The notes under the pieces were generated by a model. It searched no databases. It saw only the letters and a list, made by a program, of their open reading frames with translations, and was not told the DNA's origin. A DNA stretch of 64,000 nucleotides, from contig JADYZM010000061.1 of assembly GCA_020853105.1 (NCBI GenBank), positions 13,410 to 77,409 of the forward strand. Direction: 5' to 3'. The translations under genes and the position numbers were made by a program. Positions 49,655 through 58,937 of the stretch are shown here, piece after piece; within the stretch, counting starts at the first letter, position 1, and every line of letters begins with the position of its first letter. Source of the stretch: Flavobacteriales bacterium (lineage in GTDB: Bacteria > Bacteroidota > Bacteroidia > Flavobacteriales_E > Vicingaceae).

Positions 49655-50158
49655 ATGACACAAACAAAACACAAAGTAATTTCTGTTAACTATAATTTAC
49701 ACAGAGATAATGAACATGGAGATATGATTGAATCAACAATTGGCAAAGCTCCATTAACCTTTTTATCGGGAATGGGACAAATGATACCCGACTTTGAGAA
49801 TAATGTTGTCGGCTTAGTAGTTGGAGATAATTTTTCGTTTGGTATTAAATCTGAAAATGCTTACGGCTCGAAAAGTGATGAAGCCATCATTGAATTGTCA
49901 CACGAAATTTTTATTCAAGATGGAAAATTGGTTGATGAAGTTTTTGTAGGAAATATGATTCCTCTTCAAGACCAAAACGGTCATGTTGTTCAAGCTGTAG
50001 TTTTAAAAATTAATGATACTACAATTACCATGGACATTAACCATCCTTTGGCAGGACAAGATTTATATTTTACAGGCACTATACTTTCAGTCAGAGAGGC
50101 AACTTCTGATGAAGTGAGTCATGGACACGTTCATGGAGAAGGTGGACACCACCACTAG
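49655..50158 (+). CDS. slyD: FKBP-type peptidyl-prolyl isomerase SlyD
   Basis: DINHPLAGQDL motif and His-rich tail HGHVHGEGGHHH. Confidence 0.9.
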   Translation: MTQTKHKVISVNYNLHRDNEHGDMIESTIGKAPLTFLSGMGQMIPDFENNVVGLVVGDNFSFGIKSENAYGSKSDEAIIELSHEIFIQDGKLVDEVFVGNMIPLQDQNGHVVQAVVLKINDTTITMDINHPLAGQDLYFTGTILSVREATSDEVSHGHVHGEGGHHH

Positions 50159-50163
50159 CAAAT

Positions 50164-50199
50164 AAAAAAAAGAGCTGAAAAACTTCAGCTCTTTTTTTT
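50164..50199. terminator. Bidirectional intrinsic terminator
   Basis: A8-GAGCTGAA-AAAC-TTCAGCTC-T8. Confidence 0.88.
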
Positions 50200-50218
50200 G
50201 ATTTATTATATGATAAGA

Positions 50219-50704
50219 CTAACGTTTGGGTAAACCCGAAAAATTAGCCGTAACATTTGTTATTGAACCACCGGTAACTGTAACATTAAAATTACCATCA
50301 ATTTTGTTTGATGCACTTGCTGTAATATTTAAGTTTTGATTAGTTGAAATCGTATATGTATCACTTCCTTTCATAAAAGTAAATCCATAGTTTGCAGCAT
50401 CTAATACTTTTGTTCCAACACTAATGTTATCGGTTGTTGCCCAATTTATTTCAAAAAAATTAGCGTAACCACCTTTAAATACCCGAATTCCAGTCCCCCA
50501 TGATCCTGTTGTCCAAAAAGCTGAATCAGCAGTAATAACTGTTCCACCATCTTCCGACCAAGTAAAAGTACCTGTTACCGTAGGAGGAGTGGTTCCACCC
50601 CCACCTCCTCCACCGGAAGATGTTGGTGCAGGGTTATTATCCTTTGAACAACCCGTTAATATCATTGAAAAAACCAATGATGCAATAGCAATTTTTCTTT
50701 TCAT
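50219..50704 (-). CDS. Surface lipoprotein of unknown function
   Basis: Lipobox LTGC followed by SKD, Gly/Pro linker, beta-rich domain. Confidence 0.7.
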   Translation of the reverse strand: MKRKIAIASLVFSMILTGCSKDNNPAPTSSGGGGGGGTTPPTVTGTFTWSEDGGTVITADSAFWTTGSWGTGIRVFKGGYANFFEINWATTDNISVGTKVLDAANYGFTFMKGSDTYTISTNQNLNITASASNKIDGNFNVTVTGGSITNVTANFSGLPKR

Positions 50705-50778
50705 TTTTTTTAGATTAATTTTTTCACGAAACTACTCTTTAACCGTAAATCAAAATATACGGCATTTGTCGTAATTTA

Positions 50779-51774
50779 TCAATCACAAATTCTACCCTTT
50801 ACTTTTTTTTCTTCAAAAAGTTTATCGAGCTCAAAATCCTCTTTTGCTAATTGTTCGGTTGGAGTTTTTTCCATGAGTTTGTTTAAATCGGGCTGACCAG
50901 CATTAACCCACGCTGTGTACCAGTAGCTACCAACTTTTATGATTGCTTGAGTCAATCTGCGTTCAACCATTCCGTTAAGAATTTCATGATATGCTGATGA
51001 ATATTCTTCAGAATATGTTCTCATTACTACAGCACCTCTATTTTCAAAGGTAAATTTTCTATCTTCAGGAAAATTAGAGTTGAGTTGTTGTTCTAATTCT
51101 AACACTGAATCTTTTGCAGCAAAACTTTCTACAACTGTTTGCCATTCATCATCAACAATATTTTCAATATAACTAGCCCTTCCAACGAAATAGTCATAGC
51201 CTTGAGCTTTTAATTCCGGTAATCTTGATTCCCAAAATCCATGAATTCCTTTTTGATTCGTAAGCTGTCCATTGTAATTCTTGGTTGTATGCAGTGGAAC
51301 ATGTGAATCACCAATATAATGCCCTAAATCAGCAGAAATTCGTAAAATTTTATCTACATTTTTTTCTTCAAATGCTTTGGTAAGTCTATTTACCATTAAA
51401 AATACATGCCATGGAACTATGCCATAGGCTTGCAAGGTATCTTCTGTATATTTTTCAATAGCTTTATTCCAATGCTTAGGCATTATGTCTAACGGGTTTT
51501 CTCCTTTCTTTACATAATGGTCTAAATCAATGTAATGGCGTTGTGCCTCTCCCTCTACAGCGTATCGACGTTTATCTGGGTCAACAGCATGTTCGGTTAT
51601 GTATTCAATATTTTTCTTATAAAACCCAATCATTTCAGGAGGTAAAGTAAAAACAGCCATACGATTGATTTTTTTATGACCAAAAAAACCCCAAGAATAG
51701 ATATGTGGTTGATTGAGAATAACCAACAATGAAATCAACAAAATTCCGAGAAGATATTTCAGATAAAAGTTCAA
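50779..51774 (-). CDS. Zinc-dependent phospholipase C / S1-P1 nuclease superfamily protein
   Basis: Mature N-terminal WGFFGH, HYIDLD, HYIGDSHVPLH and IHGFWE zinc ligands. Confidence 0.8.
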   Translation of the reverse strand: MNFYLKYLLGILLISLLVILNQPHIYSWGFFGHKKINRMAVFTLPPEMIGFYKKNIEYITEHAVDPDKRRYAVEGEAQRHYIDLDHYVKKGENPLDIMPKHWNKAIEKYTEDTLQAYGIVPWHVFLMVNRLTKAFEEKNVDKILRISADLGHYIGDSHVPLHTTKNYNGQLTNQKGIHGFWESRLPELKAQGYDYFVGRASYIENIVDDEWQTVVESFAAKDSVLELEQQLNSNFPEDRKFTFENRGAVVMRTYSEEYSSAYHEILNGMVERRLTQAIIKVGSYWYTAWVNAGQPDLNKLMEKTPTEQLAKEDFELDKLFEEKKVKGRICD

Positions 51775-51792
51775 TTCTAAAAGTTGATTTTT

Positions 51793-52530
51793 TTAAATAT
51801 TTACCAATTTTCCATTTTTTAATACAGGAACACAATTCATAATATCTTGCTTTAAACAATAAATGATATCTTCCTCTAAATTAAGTCTGCTTAACCTTTT
51901 GCGATGAGAAGACTCGTCAAGAAATTTATACAAATCATTTTTAGCTGATTCGTACAAAGTAATTGAAGCTATTGCACAGTCTGATAAATTACTGAATCGT
52001 TTGTTTTTATTGAGTTTCTGAGCTAAAGCACCGGCAAAAAGGGTATCTTCTAAATTAAATCTGTTTTTCCAACCTGCACATAACAATATTATGTCTTTGT
52101 CTTGTTTTTCAACAAATTCAGCCACAGCACTCAAATTTAGAAAAGAGCCAATAACCACTTTACTTGCATCTTTTGCCATATCAATTGCAGTAGTCCCATT
52201 GGTGGTAGTCAACACAATTGTTTTTCCTCTTTGTTTACCTTCTTTAAAAAATAAAGGAGAGTTTCCAAAATCAAAACCTTCAATCACTTCAGCAGAACGC
52301 TCGGCTCCAACAATAAATCCTTTTGACTTGTATTCAGTGGCTTCTTCAATTGTTGATACAGGAATCACAGCTTCTACTCCACTTTCAATTGCAGCACAAA
52401 TTGCAGATGTTGCTCTAAAAATATCAATTACTACAACCACACAATTTTTATCCTGAAAATAAATAGGGAAAAGAGCAGGCGAGAAGCAAACTTCAATTTT
52501 ATTTGAATAACCTGAAGACTCTTCACTCAT
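51793..52530 (-). CDS. comB: 2-phosphosulfolactate phosphatase family protein
   Basis: VVIDIFRATS, GAER, FGNSP, TTTNGT and LEDTLFAG. Confidence 0.85.
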   Translation of the reverse strand: MSEESSGYSNKIEVCFSPALFPIYFQDKNCVVVVIDIFRATSAICAAIESGVEAVIPVSTIEEATEYKSKGFIVGAERSAEVIEGFDFGNSPLFFKEGKQRGKTIVLTTTNGTTAIDMAKDASKVVIGSFLNLSAVAEFVEKQDKDIILLCAGWKNRFNLEDTLFAGALAQKLNKNKRFSNLSDCAIASITLYESAKNDLYKFLDESSHRKRLSRLNLEEDIIYCLKQDIMNCVPVLKNGKLVNI

Positions 52531-52567
52531 AGGTAATTATTTTAGAAACTGAATCAGAATATAAAAA

Positions 52568-53662
52568 TTACTGCTTGTAAAAAGGTGTGCTGACTACTCT
52601 TGCTTTGATTTTTTTATCACGAATTAATATATAAATTTCTGATCCAACAGTAGAAAATTCAGTTCTCACATATCCCATACCAATTGGAATATTCAACGAA
52701 GGCGATTGTGTTCCAGAAGTAACCACACCTATTTTATTTCCATTTGCATCAACAATTTCATAATCATGACGAGGAATTCCTCTCTCCAAAAGCTCAAAAC
52801 CAACCAACTTTCGTTGAACGCCTTTTTCTTTATGATTTTTAATATATTCGTAGTTCACAAAGTCTTTACTGAATTTAGTTATCCAGCCCAATCCTGCTTC
52901 AATAGGTGATGTTGTGTCGTTAATGTCATTGCCGTATAAAACAAATCCCATTTCTAAACGTAAGGTATCTCTACAAGCCAAACCTGCCATTTTTGCACCA
53001 ACTTTTTCACCGGCTTTCATCACAGCGTTCCAAATTGCTTCGGCATCACTGTTTTTAAAATAAATTTCATAACCGCCAGCCCCTGTATATCCGGTTGACG
53101 AAATAATTACATTATCAATACCGGCAAAAATACCTTGCTGAACAGTATAATAAACCATCTCTAAATCCATGTTTGTTAATGGTTGAAGCATTTTTTTTGC
53201 ATTTGGACCTTGTATTGCCAATAAAGAAATGTTCTCAGAAATGTTTTGAACAGAAACTCCATTGGTATTGTGTTTAACAACCCAATTCCAATCCTTATCA
53301 ATGTTTGCTCCATTTACAACCAACATATATTCATTTTCAGCAAGCATATATACCAACAAATCATCAACAATACCGCCATTGTAGTTCGGAAAACAAGAAT
53401 ATTGAACCTTTCCGGGCACCAATTTTGAAGCGTCATTAGAAGTAATTCGTTGAATCAAATCAAGAGCACCATCTCCACAAATCATAAATTCTCCCATGTG
53501 TGAAACATCAAATATTCCAACATTATTTCTAACATTTATGTGCTCATCAATAAGCCCTGTATATTGTAGCGGCATATTAAATCCGGCAAAGGGGACCATT
53601 TTTGCACCCAATTCAACATGTTTTTGTTTTAATGCAATATCTTTCAAATCTAAAACTTCCAT
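52568..53662 (-). CDS. gcvT: Glycine cleavage system aminomethyltransferase T
   Basis: [39 protein letters not shown] and PFYK terminus. Confidence 0.95.
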   Translation of the reverse strand: MEVLDLKDIALKQKHVELGAKMVPFAGFNMPLQYTGLIDEHINVRNNVGIFDVSHMGEFMICGDGALDLIQRITSNDASKLVPGKVQYSCFPNYNGGIVDDLLVYMLAENEYMLVVNGANIDKDWNWVVKHNTNGVSVQNISENISLLAIQGPNAKKMLQPLTNMDLEMVYYTVQQGIFAGIDNVIISSTGYTGAGGYEIYFKNSDAEAIWNAVMKAGEKVGAKMAGLACRDTLRLEMGFVLYGNDINDTTSPIEAGLGWITKFSKDFVNYEYIKNHKEKGVQRKLVGFELLERGIPRHDYEIVDANGNKIGVVTSGTQSPSLNIPIGMGYVRTEFSTVGSEIYILIRDKKIKARVVSTPFYKQ

Positions 53663-53684
53663 GATTATATAAATTTATGATTCA

Positions 53685-53692
53685 CAAATGTA
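53685..53692 (-). promoter_or_regulatory. -7 promoter element for gcvT
   Basis: TACATTTG on the minus strand. Confidence 0.45.
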
Positions 53693-53822
53693 TCATTTTA
53701 TAAGAAATACAATAGAAATAACTGTTTATAAGTTTTTAACTATTTAAATTCTTTTTTCACAGCTGTGTTTCAATTAGTTTATTGATTTTGATTGAACATA
53801 GAACAATTGGCAATAGAATGTG

Positions 53823-53830
53823 TAATTTTG
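53823..53830 (+). promoter_or_regulatory. -7 promoter element for pruA
   Basis: TAATTTTG(C) upstream of ATG 53887. Confidence 0.45.
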
Positions 53831-53886
53831 CTTTCGTTTTTGTTATTTATAGTCTCAATTATCATAAATTAAAATTTAAATTATCT

Positions 53887-55512
53887 ATGGCTAACGCATT
53901 TTTTAATGTTCCAAAAGCAATAAATGAACCAGTAAAATCATACGCTCCCGGTAGTGCAGAACGAAAGGAACTACAAGAAACAATTGCAACACTCAAAAAT
54001 TCAACTGTTGATTTGCCAATGATAATTGGTGGAAAAGAAATTCGAACAGGTAAAAAAATTTCAATGCACCCTCCTCATGAAATTGCACATGTATTGGGAA
54101 GTTACCATCAGGGAGATGCAAACCATGTTAGTGAGGCAATTGATGCAGCAATGGCAGCCAGAAAAACATGGGCAATAACTCCATGGCAAGATAGAGCTGC
54201 AATATTTTTAAAAGCTGCCGAACTGCTTGCCGGTCCTTATCGTGTAAAGATGAATGCCGCAACCATGCTCTGTCAAAGTAAAAATGCATTTCAAGCAGAA
54301 ATTGATTCGGCTTGTGAAATGATAGATTTCTTCCGGTTTAATGTTCAGTTTATGACTGAAATATATCAAGAACAACCAATATCTGCACCAGGAATATGGA
54401 ACAGATTGGAATATAGACCGTTGGAAGGTTTTGTTTTTGCATTAACTCCTTTTAACTTTACATCTATTGCTGCTAATCTATGTGCAGCACCAGCTTTGAT
54501 GGGTAATGTAGTTGTTTGGAAACCATCAAATACACAAATTTATTCTGCTCACGTAATAATGGAATTATTTAAAGAAGCCGGATTGCCTGACGGAGTAATA
54601 AACATCATTCATGTTAACAGCTCTGTAATTGCCGATACAATTTTTAAAAGCCCTTATTTTTCAGGTGTTCATTTTACAGGTTCTACTAGTGTATTTAACC
54701 AGTTGTGGAAAACCATTGGCTCAAACTTAGAAATATATAAAGGCTATCCACGAATTGTTGGCGAAACTGGTGGAAAAGATTTTATTATTGCTCACAAATC
54801 TTCCAATCCAGCCGAAGTTGCAACCGCAATTGTACGAGGAGCTTTTGAATTTCAGGGTCAGAAATGTTCAGCAGCATCTAGAGTTTATTTACCATCAAAC
54901 CTAGCAGACGAAATTTTGGATTTGGTGAAAAAAGATGTAGAATCATTCAAAATTGGTTCTCCTGAAGATTTCGGTAACTTTATTAATGCTGTTATTGACG
55001 AGAAAAGTTTTGACAAAATTGCAAACTATATTGAATACACCAAATCTCAAAACGATGCAGAATTTGTTTGCGGAGGAACTTATGATAAAAGCAAGGGGTA
55101 TTTCATTTCACCAACAGTAGTAAAAACTACAAATCCTTTATTTAAAACCATGTGTGAAGAGATTTTCGGACCATTCTTAACTGTTTTTGTGTATGAAGCG
55201 GATAAATACGTAGAAACTTTAGAACTGCTCGATAAATCTTCAGAATACGCACTCACAGGTGCAATTTTTAGTAAAGATAGAGCTTCAATTAATATTGCTA
55301 CTCAGGTGTTGGAAAATGCAGCCGGTAATTTCTATATCAACGACAAGCCAACAGGAGCTGTAGTGGGTCAACAACCTTTTGGTGGTGCTAGAGCATCAGG
55401 AACAAACGATAAAGCAGGTGCTGCTCAAAATTTGATGAGATGGGTAAACTCAAGAACTATCAAAGAAACTTTTGTTCCTCCTACTGATTATCGATATCCA
55501 TTTTTAGGGTAA
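53887..55512 (+). CDS. pruA: L-glutamate gamma-semialdehyde (P5C) dehydrogenase
   Basis: Start reassigned to ATG 53887 (MANAFFNVP). NEPVKSYAPGS, PFNFTSI, FTGST, GETGGKD, QGQKCSAASR and EEIFGP. Confidence 0.93.
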   Translation: MANAFFNVPKAINEPVKSYAPGSAERKELQETIATLKNSTVDLPMIIGGKEIRTGKKISMHPPHEIAHVLGSYHQGDANHVSEAIDAAMAARKTWAITPWQDRAAIFLKAAELLAGPYRVKMNAATMLCQSKNAFQAEIDSACEMIDFFRFNVQFMTEIYQEQPISAPGIWNRLEYRPLEGFVFALTPFNFTSIAANLCAAPALMGNVVVWKPSNTQIYSAHVIMELFKEAGLPDGVINIIHVNSSVIADTIFKSPYFSGVHFTGSTSVFNQLWKTIGSNLEIYKGYPRIVGETGGKDFIIAHKSSNPAEVATAIVRGAFEFQGQKCSAASRVYLPSNLADEILDLVKKDVESFKIGSPEDFGNFINAVIDEKSFDKIANYIEYTKSQNDAEFVCGGTYDKSKGYFISPTVVKTTNPLFKTMCEEIFGPFLTVFVYEADKYVETLELLDKSSEYALTGAIFSKDRASINIATQVLENAAGNFYINDKPTGAVVGQQPFGGARASGTNDKAGAAQNLMRWVNSRTIKETFVPPTDYRYPFLG

Positions 55513-55551
55513 TCTTTTGTTTGCTTAGATAAAGTAGTCAATTAAATGTAA

Positions 55552-55785
55552 ATGACTTTTCCGATTTATAGGAAATACAAAAACAACCAAAGTTATTTCA
55601 AGGTTGAATCTTCATCTAAATTTGAAGAAATCAAATTGGAGAGTGGAAAGTGGAAAAGATATTCATTTGAAGTTTCAATTCTACCCGATAGGAATTTTAT
55701 ACTCGATATGTGTACCAATTATGAATTGTACTGGGATGAAATAGCTGAAAATGAGTATATGATTATTTCAAATCAAGTTGTTTAA
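55552..55785 (+). CDS. Small conserved hypothetical protein
   Basis: FPIYRKY..SYFK...FEEI pattern recalled from Bacteroidota small proteins; 3' end overlaps aroK. Confidence 0.55.
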   Translation: MTFPIYRKYKNNQSYFKVESSSKFEEIKLESGKWKRYSFEVSILPDRNFILDMCTNYELYWDEIAENEYMIISNQVV

Positions 55786-56278
55786 TAATATCTTCAACAG
55801 AAATGTTTTTTGCATCAATAATTATCTGGCTTTGATTGTAGAATGTTTCACGTTCAGCCAGTAGTTCTTTGATGATTAACTTTAACTCATCATCTGATTT
55901 ATTTGCAATCAACGGTCTGCCTGATTTTGAATTTTGAAGACGTGAAAAAAGCATTCCTTCGTTTACTCTTAAATAGATACTTGTCGAATTTTTATTGATT
56001 AAATCCATGTTTTTATTAAAGCAAGGTGTACCACCTCCAACAGAAATAACCAAATTGTTGGACAATTGTATTGCTTTTCCTAAACATTCGGATTCAATTT
56101 TTCTAAAATTAATCTCTCCACCGTTTGCAAAAAGATGGGAAATTGAATTTCCGGTATAGTCCTCGATATATTTGTCTAAATCAATAAACTTATAGTTAAT
56201 TTTATTTGCCAATCGCTTAGCAAGTGTGGATTTTCCCGCACCCATAAACCCCAAAATCACTATTTTAGTAAATGCCAC
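55763..56278 (-). CDS. aroK: Shikimate kinase
   Basis: GFMGAGKST, DLD, GEINFR, VGGGTPC and RPL. Confidence 0.92.
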   Translation of the reverse strand: MAFTKIVILGFMGAGKSTLAKRLANKINYKFIDLDKYIEDYTGNSISHLFANGGEINFRKIESECLGKAIQLSNNLVISVGGGTPCFNKNMDLINKNSTSIYLRVNEGMLFSRLQNSKSGRPLIANKSDDELKLIIKELLAERETFYNQSQIIIDAKNISVEDIIKQLDLK

Positions 56279-56288
56279 TTTAATTAAA

Positions 56289-57095
56289 TTATTGAAACGG
56301 ACTATTGGGTTCTTTTGCCAATTTATTAAAAACCGCTTTAGAAATGAATGAAGGTAAAAATTTACTGAGAAACACTGCTAATTTCCCCTCAAAAGTCAGT
56401 ATATGCAGTCGTTTTCGTTTCATAACTCCTTCATAAATATGTTCTGCAACTTTTTCAGCCGTCATCATTTTTCCCTCATCGCGAGGTGTTTCTCCTTGAG
56501 CCTTGCCCGTTGCATCAAGTGCTGTATTTCTAATGTTTGAAGAAGTGAATCCTGGACAAGCTATCATAACATGTAGCCCTGTATTAAGATTTTCAGTACG
56601 TAAAGCGTCTAAGAAACCATTCATTGCAAATTTAGATGCTGAATAACCTGTTCTGGCTGGTAATCCAACAAATCCTGCAATTGAAGACACACCAACAACA
56701 GACCCGTTGGTTTTAAGCAAATAAGGTAATGCAAATTTGGTGCAATACAATGTCCCGTAAAAGTTTATTTTCATAACTTGGTCTATTACATTCAAATCAA
56801 CATCATTCAGCAAAGCCCGCATCGAAATTCCGGCGTTGTTAATCAATACATCTATTCTTCCATACTTATTAATTGTTTCTTTAATGATGTTACGACAATC
56901 TTGTTCAATTGAAACATCAGCCGTTACAGCTAATACATCAACACCTTTTGAAGATAATGAAATGTGAATTGATTGTAAATTGTCTTTATTTCTAGCAGCA
57001 ATAACCACTTTATATCCACACTTTCCAAAATGTTCAGCACATGCTTTACCAATTCCGGAAGATGCTCCAGTTATTATTGCAACTTTGTTCAGCAT
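56289..57095 (-). CDS. Short-chain dehydrogenase/reductase
   Basis: TGASSGIG, NNAG and YSASK. Confidence 0.9.
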   Translation of the reverse strand: MLNKVAIITGASSGIGKACAEHFGKCGYKVVIAARNKDNLQSIHISLSSKGVDVLAVTADVSIEQDCRNIIKETINKYGRIDVLINNAGISMRALLNDVDLNVIDQVMKINFYGTLYCTKFALPYLLKTNGSVVGVSSIAGFVGLPARTGYSASKFAMNGFLDALRTENLNTGLHVMIACPGFTSSNIRNTALDATGKAQGETPRDEGKMMTAEKVAEHIYEGVMKRKRLHILTFEGKLAVFLSKFLPSFISKAVFNKLAKEPNSPFQ

Positions 57096-57297
57096 TTTTT
57101 CTTTTTTTACAAATCTATAAAAAAGTTTAGTAGAAGAAATTAATCAATCATTTACTTTAGAACTTTTTCATCAAACAATACTAAATAATCTGCGGTAATT
57201 ACAGCATATTCAGAAGTTGAAAATTGCACTTACTATGTAACAACAACACTGTTAATCAACCAATTAAAACAAATAATTTAAAAAAGGCATTTTAAGT

Positions 57298-57328
57298 TTT
57301 GTTATTTAAAATAAGGCATTTATATTTG
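57298..57328 (+). promoter_or_regulatory. Bacteroidota sigma-A promoter for tRNA-Lys
   Basis: TTTG (57298-57301), 19-bp spacer, TATATTTG (57321-57328); canonical -33/-7 arrangement. Confidence 0.75.
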
Positions 57329-57345
57329 CACTCCTTTTTTGAGGA

Positions 57346-57418
57346 GACCTGGTAGCTCAGCCGGTAGAGCATTTCACTTTTAATGAAAGGGTCCCGGGTT
57401 CGAATCCCGGCCAGGTCA
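57346..57418 (+). tRNA. tRNA-Lys (anticodon TTT)
   Basis: Acceptor GACCTGG/CCAGGTC, anticodon arm TTTCA-CTTTTAA-TGAAA, T-arm CCGGG-TTCGAAT-CCCGG; CCA not encoded. Confidence 0.96.
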
Positions 57419-57424
57419 CAACAC

Positions 57425-57459
57425 AAAAAACCCGTATTTAAAGAGTACGGGTTTTTTTT
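57425..57459 (+). terminator. Intrinsic terminator after tRNA-Lys
   Basis: AAAAAACCCGTA...TACGGGTTTTTTTT. Confidence 0.75.
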
Positions 57460-57461
57460 AC

Positions 57462-57469
57462 TATTTTTG
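57462..57469 (+). promoter_or_regulatory. -7 promoter element for tRNA-Leu
   Basis: TATTTTTG 14 bp before the tRNA. Confidence 0.5.
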
Positions 57470-57483
57470 AAACGATTGAGTAT

Positions 57484-57565
57484 GCCCACGTGGTGAAATT
57501 GGTAGACACGCCATCTTGAGGGGGTGGTTCCGTTAGGTGTGCTGGTTCGAATCCAGTCGTGGGCA
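57484..57565 (+). tRNA. tRNA-Leu (anticodon GAG)
   Basis: Acceptor GCCCACG/CGTGGGC, anticodon arm CCATC-TTGAGGG-GGTGG, long variable arm, T-loop TTCGAAT; CCA not encoded. Confidence 0.95.
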
Positions 57566-57569
57566 CAAT

Positions 57570-57806
57570 TTACTCTTCAATTATTACTCCTTTATGAGGG
57601 CGTAATGCATCTCTAAAAAATATCATATCTTTTTCGTCAACAATCAAATAGGTTGACCAAAATACACCTGATTGTTCGGCTCCTGTTGTTAAGTGGTTAA
57701 AATTGTGTTTCTCCAAAAATTCTCGAATATGAAATTCGTGATGTTTGGCAGTTCCTTCAGATTCCGGTCCGGAAAAATTCCACAACAATTTAATCTTTCT
57801 GCTCAT
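57570..57806 (-). CDS. Small conserved hypothetical protein with a His cluster
   Basis: RKIKLLWNFSGP...TAKHHEFH; starts 1 bp after the mbnH-like stop. Confidence 0.6.
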   Translation of the reverse strand: MSRKIKLLWNFSGPESEGTAKHHEFHIREFLEKHNFNHLTTGAEQSGVFWSTYLIVDEKDMIFFRDALRPHKGVIIEE

Positions 57807-57807
57807 T

Positions 57808-58917
57808 TTACGGTTGAGAAAAGTTGGGGTTATTTATAAAACTGCTGTCGGATAAAGACAATAAAAAAGCTTTTAATGCTGCTTTGTCCGCAGGAGATAG
57901 CTGAACTCCACCTTGTCCAATATATTTTAGCAATGGGTCAACTGTTGAAGAATTTTGCAAACCCTCGCTATAATGATTGATAACCTCATCAAGAGTTGCA
58001 AACCTTCCGTCGTGCATATAGGGTGCTGAATAGGCAAGATTTCTTAAAGAAGGTGTCCTAAATTTACCATTATCACTGGCTATTCCCGTTATTGAACCTA
58101 ACCCTAAGTCAGTAAAAGTTGCATCTAACCCATTGTTATGAAATAAATTATCTGTCCATAAAGGATTTGCAGCATTTCCATGACAATGAAAACAGTCGCC
58201 TCTATTTTCTGCCATAAACACGTTAAATCCTTCTATTTCTAGTGCTGTCAATGAAATTTGTCCATTCAAATATTGATCAAATCTTGAATTTCCTGAAATT
58301 AAAGTTCGTTCAAACTGAGCGATGGCTTTTGTTACCAAAATAGAATCTATTGTTGAAGTACCAAAAGCGGCATTGAACAAGCCAGGATAAACAGAATGAC
58401 TTTGCAGGCTAGACATTGCGTTCACCCATGTATTATGCATTTCTATGGGGTTTACAACTGGACCTAGAGCTTGATCTTCAACACCAGAGGCTCTTCCGTC
58501 CCAAAAAAATTGGTTTCCCCAATTCCAAGCCATATTAAAAATTGGCATGGCATTTCTATTTCCCTGTATTCCATCTATACCGGTACTGAAACGGGTACTT
58601 TCACTAAATGCAAATTGAGGAGCATGGCATGTGGCACAAGACTGGTTACCGTTTCCGGATAAAATAGGGTCATAAAAAAGTTTTCTACCCAAGGCAACAC
58701 CTTCTACAGTTGTTGGGTTATCACTTGGAATATAGGGTTGAGAAATGTATTGAGCAAAAAGTGGTGGTATTTCCAAATTTAAGGGTGTCGGATTATTTGT
58801 TGTCGGTGTGTTTTTTGGTGTTTCAACAACTTCTTTTTCAGGGTCTTTAGCACAAGAAAAAATCATGGTTAAAGTCAATAATAAAAGAATATTTCTACTT
58901 TTAATAATCATAATCAT
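57808..58917 (-). CDS. mbnH: Di-heme cytochrome c peroxidase, MauG/MbnH family lipoprotein
   Basis: Two CxxCH motifs (CATCH, CFHCH), LGRKLFYD, FFWDGRA and FRTPSLRNLAYSAPYMHDG; lipobox FSC. Confidence 0.82.
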   Translation of the reverse strand: MIMIIKSRNILLLLTLTMIFSCAKDPEKEVVETPKNTPTTNNPTPLNLEIPPLFAQYISQPYIPSDNPTTVEGVALGRKLFYDPILSGNGNQSCATCHAPQFAFSESTRFSTGIDGIQGNRNAMPIFNMAWNWGNQFFWDGRASGVEDQALGPVVNPIEMHNTWVNAMSSLQSHSVYPGLFNAAFGTSTIDSILVTKAIAQFERTLISGNSRFDQYLNGQISLTALEIEGFNVFMAENRGDCFHCHGNAANPLWTDNLFHNNGLDATFTDLGLGSITGIASDNGKFRTPSLRNLAYSAPYMHDGRFATLDEVINHYSEGLQNSSTVDPLLKYIGQGGVQLSPADKAALKAFLLSLSDSSFINNPNFSQP

Positions 58918-58937
58918 TTTCTATAAGATTAAAAAAA

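Noticed and set aside
50589-50620. Gly-encoding purine/C-rich run as a contingency repeat
   Set aside because: The codons are mixed (GGA/GGT/GGG) with no pure tract; it is an ordinary flexible lipoprotein linker.
57346-57565. tRNA genes as integration sites for an island
   Set aside because: I found no duplicated tRNA 3' end (att site) and no integrase in the window.
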